Source: Thermodesulfobacteriota bacterium
Lineage (GTDB): Bacteria; Desulfobacterota; WTBG01; JAGOGO01
Reading direction: 5' to 3'
DNA length: 37,530 bases
Assembly: GCA_035256645.1 (NCBI GenBank)
Contig: DATEXU010000194.1
Location: forward strand, 1 to 37,530
Under the pieces are notes generated by a model that did no database searches, was not told the origin of the DNA, and was given only the letters and a program-made list of their open reading frames with translations. Shown here piece by piece: positions 1 to 7,383 of the stretch (its first letter is position 1; the number at the start of each line of letters is the position of its first letter). The translations under genes and the position numbers were made by a program.

Positions 1-717
1 ATGCCGCTAACCCCAGAGGCGCTGATTTTCCATCGTTTAGAAATACCTGCTGATGACGGAATCGCTCCTTCCCTCTACAGGCCCAGAAGGCTTAAGACGT
101 TAGACGGCAAAAAGAAAAACGGTCCTTTTGAAAAGTTATGTGACCCCGAGTCAGCATACCGCTATATGCAAAAGTGGAGGTTTTTCCCTTTTATTTACAG
201 TTCGACTACTGGGCTCTCACTGACACGGTCACTTGCCGGTAAAATTTTTCCGCTACCAGAAGAAAGGGCTGCAACTCAAGATGCCTGTTTGGCTTATGCT
301 TCCATGCTGTTAGGCACAGTCTATGGAACCTCACAAGTCCTGGGCTCTTATTTTATTCATGGAAAGAATTTCAGCCTGGCGCAGGCTTGGGCGCAAATTG
401 ATCGTGATCTAATCCTTGAAAATTTTTTAAATGATATTTTAGAGAAAACAAATAAAAAGAGGATCGCTTCGTTTTTCGAATCTCGCCAAGCCCAAGCTTA
501 CTATCGGTATTCTGGTTCAACTAAAGATCTGTTGAAACTGGCCTGGAAAATCCCGGCCCGATCTCTTTGCTGGGAAACAATTTTGTTCTCCATTCAAACA
601 CACTGGCATTGTTTAAAAAGTGGCCTTGGTATCAAGAAAAAACACCGGGGGGAAAAGACGCCTCTCACAAAAACAAAAAACCCGCAGGCAAAAAAGCATT
701 CCCAGTGCCAACCATAG
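1..717 (+). CDS. Family-2 glycosyltransferase paralogue, C-terminal part only (gene starts upstream of the window)
   Basis: Translation is collinear with aa ~125-358 of the complete paralogue at 977..2053 (MPLTPEALIFH, LAGKIFPLP, LGTVYGTSQVLGSYFIH, NFLNDIL, WKIPAR..CWETI). Nt 1-33 are identical to nt 1346-1378. The ATG at nt 1 is an internal Met in the paralogue. Confidence 0.7.
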   Translation: MPLTPEALIFHRLEIPADDGIAPSLYRPRRLKTLDGKKKNGPFEKLCDPESAYRYMQKWRFFPFIYSSTTGLSLTRSLAGKIFPLPEERAATQDACLAYASMLLGTVYGTSQVLGSYFIHGKNFSLAQAWAQIDRDLILENFLNDILEKTNKKRIASFFESRQAQAYYRYSGSTKDLLKLAWKIPARSLCWETILFSIQTHWHCLKSGLGIKKKHRGEKTPLTKTKNPQAKKHSQCQP

Positions 718-976
718 GGTGTGAAGAATAAATTAGGAGATTAAAAACGCAGTGCGAAGAGTAATTGAGAAAGAAATGGTGGAATGGAAAGGGGCTTTTT
801 TCTGAGAAGCGACAAGGGAGTGGGGCATCCTCCAATCAAGAAATTTATTTTAACCTTTTTTATTGCGTTAGTACATTGACATTGATTTATAATATGCCCA
901 GCATGTTAAAATTATTTGGCTTGAGAGAAAAAAAGAAATTCTAATTACATTTTATTGTGTCGAGAGGAAATACTCT

Positions 977-2053
977 ATGTACAAATCGGAGCTTAAAGAA
1001 GTTGAAAGCCCTGTTTATTCTGGCAACCTCCCTCTTGCCAGTATTATTATTACTAGCTATAATTATGAAAAGCTCCTCCCTCGGGCTATTGATAGCGCTC
1101 TCCAGCAAACCTACCCGAAAAAAGAAATCATCGTGGTTGACGATGGTTCTACCGATAATTCCCGCCAGATCATTACTAGTTATGGAAATCAGATAATACC
1201 GGTCTTTAAGAAAAATGAAGGAAGAGTTTCCGCAACCAATGCCGGTTTTTTCGCAAGCCATGGGGAGATCATCTTTTTTTTGGATGCGGATGATATTTTT
1301 TTCCCTCACAAGGTGGGAACGATGGTCAACTATTTTCTCCAGGTTATGCCGCTAACCCCAGAGGCGCTGATTTTCCATTGCATGGAAATGTGCACTGATG
1401 ATGCAAATTCTCCTTCGCACAGTATTCCTAGAAGCTTACGTACGATAGATGGCAAAAAGAAAAACAGCCTCTTTGCAAAGTTAAGCGACCCTGAGATAGC
1501 ATATCAGTATGTTCAAAAATGGGGTTTTTTACCTTTCAGGGCTTCTCCTACCAGCGGTCTTTTGTTGACCCGATTGCTTGCCGGTAAAATTTTTCCGCTG
1601 CCGGGAAAAAAGGCTGCATCGCAAGATGCCTGTATTGTTTATGCTTCCACGATAGTAGGAACAGTCTATGGAACCTCACAAGTCCTGGGCTCTTATTTTA
1701 TTCATGAGAAAAATCTTAGCATGTCACAATCGTACTCGGATAATAAAATTCAGCACTACCAAATAGTGGACAATTTTTTAAATGATATTTTAGCGAAAAT
1801 GAATAAAAAAAGGGTCATTTCGTTTTACGAATCGCGCCTGGCCCGCCCCCACTATCAGCATATCGGTTCGACTAAGGGACTGTTGAGACTATCCTGGAAA
1901 ATCCCTGCCCGATATTTTTGCTGGGAAACAATATGGTTTTCAATTAAAACACTCTGGTTATGTTTAAAAGTTGTTCTTGGTTTTAAAAAAAAACGGCGGT
2001 TGGCTAACAAAACGAAGCTCTTCGCAAAAGCAAAAGAGACGCAGAGAAAGTAG
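977..2053 (+). CDS. Glycosyltransferase family 2 (GT-A fold) with ~230-aa uncharacterised C-terminal extension
   Basis: 358-aa ORF with SD-like agagga 8 nt upstream. N-terminal GT2 signature: IIITSYNYEKLL, AIDSALQQTY, EIIVVDDGSTDNS, FLDADDIF (DxD). The C-terminal extension ends in a hydrophobic helix plus Lys-rich tail, shared with the two paralogues. Confidence 0.85.
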   Translation: MYKSELKEVESPVYSGNLPLASIIITSYNYEKLLPRAIDSALQQTYPKKEIIVVDDGSTDNSRQIITSYGNQIIPVFKKNEGRVSATNAGFFASHGEIIFFLDADDIFFPHKVGTMVNYFLQVMPLTPEALIFHCMEMCTDDANSPSHSIPRSLRTIDGKKKNSLFAKLSDPEIAYQYVQKWGFLPFRASPTSGLLLTRLLAGKIFPLPGKKAASQDACIVYASTIVGTVYGTSQVLGSYFIHEKNLSMSQSYSDNKIQHYQIVDNFLNDILAKMNKKRVISFYESRLARPHYQHIGSTKGLLRLSWKIPARYFCWETIWFSIKTLWLCLKVVLGFKKKRRLANKTKLFAKAKETQRK

Positions 2054-2104
2054 TATCCCCACCAACAAAAATCGATTAATTATTATTTTAGAATTTATTT
2101 GACT

Positions 2105-2269
2105 ATGCCTTTAGTCAAAACCTATCGATTTAAAATGACACTTCATTTTAAGCACTTGGTGATGGCGTTTGTTCTCTTGGTTGCTTTTTTTGGGGCGCGT
2201 GACATTAACGCGGTAGAAGAAAAAATTTCTCAACCGCCCGGGGCGCTAAATGATTTTGATCTTTCATGA
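2105..2269 (+). CDS. Hypothetical 54-aa ORF with signal-peptide-like hydrophobic segment (candidate only)
   Basis: Hand-translated: MPLVKTYRFKMTLHFKHLVMAFVLLVAFFGARDINAVEEKISQPPGALNDFDLS. It lies 80 nt upstream of the radical-SAM gene on the same strand. No convincing SD and no recognisable family. Confidence 0.2.
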   Translation: MPLVKTYRFKMTLHFKHLVMAFVLLVAFFGARDINAVEEKISQPPGALNDFDLS

Positions 2270-2349
2270 TTTAAAAGCCGCAAGGGAAGGTCTCAGCAGT
2301 GAAGTGCTGGAAAAAACCAAAACCTATTGGCGTGTTAGAAGTATAATTT

Positions 2350-3363
2350 ATGTCAAAGCAAATAAGACCCAAAAAAATTAGGCTCGAAGCATCATCGGTT
2401 TGTCAGTTGCGATGTCATTCTTGTCCGAATGCTGATAAAGCGATATTACCGACTGTGGGAACTGGTTTCCTTCGGTTGAGCGATTTCCAAAAGCTTCTTG
2501 ATGAAAATCCATGGATTGAAAAAATAGAACTTTCTAACTATGGCGAGATATTTCTAAATCCTGATCTATTGGAAATTATTAAGCACGCATATAAGCGGAA
2601 AGTTGCCTTAACTGCTGCTAATGGGGTAAATCTTAATAGCGTCAAAATAGAAGTGCTTGAGGGATTAGTGAAATACAAGTTTCGAAGGATGACTGTCTCT
2701 ATAGATGGTGCAAGCAATGAAACTTATAAACAGTATCGAATCGGGGGAAACTACGACGTAGTAATTGCAAATATCAAGAAAATAAATCTTTTCAAGAAGC
2801 ATTATCAGTCAAAATATCCTTTGTTGTCATGGCAGTTCATAGTCTTTGGACACAACGAGCACGAATTGCCAACGGCAAGAAAATTGGCTAACGAACTAAA
2901 TATGGGTTTCTACCCGAAACTCTCATGGGATGCTGAATTTTCACCTGTACAGAATCAAGAAGTTATCAGAAAAGAACTTGGCGTTGTTTCACGGAGTGAA
3001 TTCAAAGGAAAATATGGCGCATCCTATACACAGGGAATCTGCCATCAGTTGTGGGAACAACCACAAATAAACTGGGACGGAAAAGTGTTGGGGTGTTGTC
3101 GCAACTTTTGGGGAGATTTTGGTGGAAATATTTTTACTGATGGGCTTCTTGAGAGTCTCAATAATGAAAAGATTAATTACGCCAGAGAGATGCTTACGGG
3201 GCGACAAGAAACGAGGGATGACATTCCTTGTGCTACTTGTGAGATTTATTTAGAAATGAAAAGAGAGGGGCATTGGCTCAAAGCAAGCGAAAAAAGACGG
3301 TTAATCTCTGCAATTTTCCCTTCGGTTAAGCGTATAATGAAAAGGTTATTATCCGACAAATAA
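2350..3363 (+). CDS. Radical SAM protein with C-terminal SPASM/twitch-like Cys cluster
   Basis: 337-aa ORF with CX3CX2C motif (VCQLRCHSCP; Cys18/22/25). C-terminal cysteines (CHQLW..GCCRNFWG..CATCE) are consistent with an auxiliary Fe-S domain. The gene is noticeably more A+T-rich than its neighbours. Confidence 0.85.
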   Translation: MSKQIRPKKIRLEASSVCQLRCHSCPNADKAILPTVGTGFLRLSDFQKLLDENPWIEKIELSNYGEIFLNPDLLEIIKHAYKRKVALTAANGVNLNSVKIEVLEGLVKYKFRRMTVSIDGASNETYKQYRIGGNYDVVIANIKKINLFKKHYQSKYPLLSWQFIVFGHNEHELPTARKLANELNMGFYPKLSWDAEFSPVQNQEVIRKELGVVSRSEFKGKYGASYTQGICHQLWEQPQINWDGKVLGCCRNFWGDFGGNIFTDGLLESLNNEKINYAREMLTGRQETRDDIPCATCEIYLEMKREGHWLKASEKRRLISAIFPSVKRIMKRLLSDK

Positions 3364-4105
3364 ACATATAAAAGCATGATCGTCATTCTCAATCACAACG
3401 ATGTGTCAATCCTGTGACTTTTAGAAAAATATTTATAAACCACCATGGCGTTACAAAAAACAGTATGATGGCACGCGAAGAATTTTTTACAGGTTATAGC
3501 ATTGCTTGTGATGAAGGAGTCTTAACACCTCGCCGACCGCACGTATTTTGATACAAAAAAATAATTCTCACTCCAAATACCTTACTATTTCTTGGAATTT
3601 ATTTTCCTATGTCTTTAGGGAACCTCTAATATCATTTTGCGCTTGAGTTGGATGTAATAGTTATAATAACCGATTTAAAATCAAATGGTTAATGGTTACA
3701 ATAGTGCCATATCAAGAAGAAAATGATATAATAATTGCCTATTTGTCACTTTTGCAAAAGAATTATGGTAGAATAATCACAATTATATAAATTATATCAT
3801 ATTGTTACAACTATTTTATCGGTAATTTGCCGTGCAAAGGTCTTGCTTCACCAATTCCGAGACGGTATGTTGAGACACAAAGTTCTTGGCTTAAAAAGAT
3901 AGGATTTAAAAAACTATATTGTTATCTAAAAATATCCAAGCACACCGCTTTGAAAAGCGCAGTCTTTATTTCGGATACACCCCGAATGATTTAATGACCA
4001 TTATCCCTGAGGAAGAGGGAGGGGGGAAAAAGAAGAGAAAGAAAATGGAGTTGATTGTAGCGGTAAGGATGTTTAATTTCATAGTTGAAATGTTACCGTG
4101 TTCCC

Positions 4106-4903
4106 TTAACGCAATGCCAGTCGGCCCTGGTAATCAATTTTCATTCTGGGATAAAATTGTGGATGAATGTACCGCAGTATTGTTTGGTCACAGCCGAAGC
4201 CCTTAGGGAATTCAGGCAAATTTTTATATACCGTTCCGTTATCTTTTAAACGTTTGAACTCCGGTCCCGTTAGATCGGTTTCCGTAACATAAACCATCGC
4301 TGCATCTAAAACTTCGCGCAAAAAAAAAGTCCGACCCACAAAAACACCTGCGTTAATATACCAACCAGGAGACCCATGCTCTTTTGCAACCTGGTCAGCC
4401 CAGACCTTAACCTGAGGGAGGTAGTTATAGACTCTCTTTGATCTGGTTTTTGAGAACAGTAGTTCGCAGTTTTCCTCCTCCAGGTATCGAATTGCTTTCT
4501 TCGGGTCATCTCTGAGAATTGCATCTTTACTGTCGCAATAAAGAAGATATTCGGTTTTGCAAGCACCACTTTTGAGATAGCTTAAAACAGCGCTAATTTT
4601 AACGGTGTGAACCCACGGTTTGTTAATGGGGGGCCGCAGCACAATAAAATTTTCGATTCCTACATAACGGAGACTCTTTTCCATGAGGGTTTCATATTCA
4701 TGATTATGGACAAGGAGTATGGTTAACTCCGGCGGACAACTCAACTTTCCTTTGACGTGTCCACAAAGCAAATGAATAATAAGATCAGGAGGGCTTTCGA
4801 TAAGCTTTTGACTGTGAATGACAAGCTGATCCCCGGTGCGCCCTTTACGGCAAACCCATAATAAGGCTTTTACTTTTTTTAAAAATTTAAAGATTTTTTT
4901 CAC
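4106..4903 (-). CDS. Hypothetical protein, possibly nucleotide-diphospho-sugar transferase-like (tentative)
   Basis: 265-aa ORF with GTG start, the last gene of the minus-strand operon. Only weak GT-A-like features: LLYCDSKDAIL as a possible DxD, YINAGVFVG, CDQTILRYI. Confidence 0.55.
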   Translation of the reverse strand: MKKIFKFLKKVKALLWVCRKGRTGDQLVIHSQKLIESPPDLIIHLLCGHVKGKLSCPPELTILLVHNHEYETLMEKSLRYVGIENFIVLRPPINKPWVHTVKISAVLSYLKSGACKTEYLLYCDSKDAILRDDPKKAIRYLEEENCELLFSKTRSKRVYNYLPQVKVWADQVAKEHGSPGWYINAGVFVGRTFFLREVLDAAMVYVTETDLTGPEFKRLKDNGTVYKNLPEFPKGFGCDQTILRYIHPQFYPRMKIDYQGRLALR

Positions 4904-5105
4904 GACTACCTAAATCAAAAGGAAGACTTTAGCATCCTTTGCTGAAGATGCACACCTACTTCATCATTAAAAGTGTCTTCATCCACTTTGCTTTGTGGTC
5001 GATGATTTTTTTTTGCATAGTGACACTTCCCTTACCCGAAGCGGTATTTCAATTTTGAAAAATTAAGGCTAATTACTATGAAAATTTTTTTTTAAAAAAC
5101 AGGTC

Positions 5106-6230
5106 TCACGTCCAGTCAGTATCAAATTTTACCAGAACCTTGCAGTTTTCTTCAAAAATCTTTTCCGGAGACTTTAAAAGATTGCAAATTTCCTCCGGAC
5201 CATTGATAATGTCTGTTACCGCATCATCAATAGATAAGCGCCCACTGCGGCACAAACTCAAAATCTTCGCAAATGCTCCGCCAAGATGCCCTCGCGACCC
5301 TATTAAAGATATCTCATTGGTGATCATGTGGTCTACTGCATCCAACAACAAAGGCTCACCGCTCCTGCCGAGAATCGCGACGCATCCGTTAGCATTTAAC
5401 CTGCGAAACACCCGGTTGATATTACCCATGTTTCCTGATGCCTCCATCACAACGTCAATAGAGGACGGGCCATGGTTGAAAAACTCGTCAATGTCGTAGA
5501 TATCATCGCCCCAATTTTTTGCTATCTTGCGTCGAAATGGAACCGGTTCGACTATGTGCACACGGGAAGCTCCGAAAACAACTTTGCTCAGCATAGCGGC
5601 AAACAAACCAATTGGACCGGCGCCAAAAATAACAACAACATCTCCGGCTTCCAGATGCGTGTTCTGGCAGGCTACATAGGCGACAGCCGCCGGTTCCACG
5701 CAGGCCGCTGCCCGCAGGCCTTTTTCGCTTTTCGCCATTTCGTTCACGTCGTGGGTAATCATGGACGGGACGTCAACGATATCGCCGAAGAGTCCATCTT
5801 TTTCCATTCCCAGCAGCAAAGCATGACGGCATTGATTAAAGTCTCCTCTCCTGCACTCATCGCAGTAATGGCAAGCTATAATCGACTCAAAGGTGACGCA
5901 AGCGCCGGGTTGAACGTGATGGACTTGAGAGCCGACTTCAAGAACTTTTCCGATTCCCTCGTGGCCAATGACCCGGCCTCCAGCGGGGATTTGAGCCGGA
6001 GCAGAACACTGGATATAGCCCGTATCCGGATTCGTGGTCACGAGATGTACGTCCGTACCGCAAACGCCCGCGTAAATCATTTTTACCCGAACTTCGTCCG
6101 GACGAAGTGCCGGTAACATTCGGTTCTCAACCGATATCCGGGGGTTTTTGTATCTTTGGTGAGGCCCCGGCTTGGCAATACCTTTTATTGGATCACTATC
6201 CGCTTGAACAAGCACCACCCTGGATTCCAT
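5106..6230 (-). CDS. Zinc-dependent medium-chain alcohol/polyol dehydrogenase family protein
   Basis: 374 aa. Motifs GVCGTDVH, GHEGIGKV, structural-Zn cluster CHYCDECRRGDFNQC, Rossmann GAGPIGL. Confidence 0.9.
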   Translation of the reverse strand: MESRVVLVQADSDPIKGIAKPGPHQRYKNPRISVENRMLPALRPDEVRVKMIYAGVCGTDVHLVTTNPDTGYIQCSAPAQIPAGGRVIGHEGIGKVLEVGSQVHHVQPGACVTFESIIACHYCDECRRGDFNQCRHALLLGMEKDGLFGDIVDVPSMITHDVNEMAKSEKGLRAAACVEPAAVAYVACQNTHLEAGDVVVIFGAGPIGLFAAMLSKVVFGASRVHIVEPVPFRRKIAKNWGDDIYDIDEFFNHGPSSIDVVMEASGNMGNINRVFRRLNANGCVAILGRSGEPLLLDAVDHMITNEISLIGSRGHLGGAFAKILSLCRSGRLSIDDAVTDIINGPEEICNLLKSPEKIFEENCKVLVKFDTDWT

Positions 6231-6376
6231 ACCAAATTCACTCCATGCTTAAAAAAATTTCACGGAAAAATACCCTATATGGGCTACCTATGACTATCTT
6301 CATTCACCGGTCTCTCATAATTCTGCGTAAGATAAATTTTTCTGCTTATAACCGCTGGTTTTAATTTAGTCGTTAG

Positions 6377-7378
6377 TTAAACTCTGAACTGAAGCAGCGT
6401 CTGAGGTGTTGGCAAGAGTTGCATCGAGTCTACCAGAGTTAACCCAGCAGCTCCGGCCATCGTCTCATATTCGGCGCACGTATACGCATCTCCATCCGGA
6501 GTTGTTGCTAACATTAAAAAAGCGAAGGCAGCCTGCACCGGTGGCGATACACGATCTGGATTCGGCATAATATCAACCACAAATAAAGAACCGTTGATAG
6601 AAAGAGAGCTTTTTGCTTTGCTCAGCATACGAACACATCCATCTTGCTTAAAATGATGCAGTATGTTTGGCAACAAGATCAGATCATAGTTATCGCCCCA
6701 ATCAACCTCGAAAGCATTACCGCTTGTTGTTTTATATCGATTACCCAATCCTGCTAACTCAGCATTTTCTTTTGCAACTTCCAAAACATTGGTCCAGTCA
6801 ATTGCCATCACTGAAGCATCGTTTATAACTTTCGCCACCTCTATACCAAATAGTCCATGTCCTGCCGCTATATCCAATACTTTGCGCGGATGTATCGATC
6901 TACGTGCAATGAATGCTGCGGTTCGTTTGGCTGTTACAGAAACAAAAGGGACCATTGCCCGCGCGAATCTTATCCAGACGGGGTTGTCCGGTGAAAGAGT
7001 TGTCAAGCCAGAAGCACCTCCCGTTATTACATAAGATGGTGGATCATTCATTATCAAAGAGACTATCTCCGGCGCAGCGAAAAAGTCAATTATATCGGCC
7101 AGGCAATGGGGCGATGCCCGATCAAGGAACCTTATTGCATTCACCGAAAGGTTATAGAGACTGGTGTTCTTTTCCAACAAACCAATGACACAAAGAAAGT
7201 CACAAAGGATGCGCACCCCGCGCACCGACCCACCGGCAACCTCTGCGATTTGTTCAGCACTTAAGCAGCGATTACCAATAGTTGTAAAAATATCCAATTT
7301 AATCGCAGCATTCAAGGCTGCGGTCTTTTGATATGACAGGCTGATATCGTACACTGGGTTGTTTGATCTTTTATCCAT
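6377..7378 (-). CDS. Class I SAM-dependent (small-molecule O-) methyltransferase
   Basis: 333 aa. SAM motif I is VLDIAAGHGLFG. It also has an N-terminal dimerisation/winged-helix-like region and LLPNILHHF. The start lies 5 nt after the stop of the A-T-TE gene. Confidence 0.8.
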   Translation of the reverse strand: MDKRSNNPVYDISLSYQKTAALNAAIKLDIFTTIGNRCLSAEQIAEVAGGSVRGVRILCDFLCVIGLLEKNTSLYNLSVNAIRFLDRASPHCLADIIDFFAAPEIVSLIMNDPPSYVITGGASGLTTLSPDNPVWIRFARAMVPFVSVTAKRTAAFIARRSIHPRKVLDIAAGHGLFGIEVAKVINDASVMAIDWTNVLEVAKENAELAGLGNRYKTTSGNAFEVDWGDNYDLILLPNILHHFKQDGCVRMLSKAKSSLSINGSLFVVDIMPNPDRVSPPVQAAFAFLMLATTPDGDAYTCAEYETMAGAAGLTLVDSMQLLPTPQTLLQFRV

Positions 7379-7383
7379 ATAGG

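Noticed and set aside
941-1309. ORFs 941..1309 (-) and 957..1196 (+) overlapping the GT2 start
   Set aside because: They are alternative frames of the region encoding the unmistakable GT2 N-terminus.
3919-4206. 95-aa + strand ORF
   Set aside because: It is driven by the homopurine tract (EEEGGGKKKRKK) and overlaps the 3' end of the gene at 4106..4903. No SD.
5140-6116. ORFs 5140..5499 (+) and 5472..6116 (+), 119 and 214 aa
   Set aside because: They are entirely antisense to the Zn-ADH gene, which has strong family motifs. The translations are low-complexity with no motifs.
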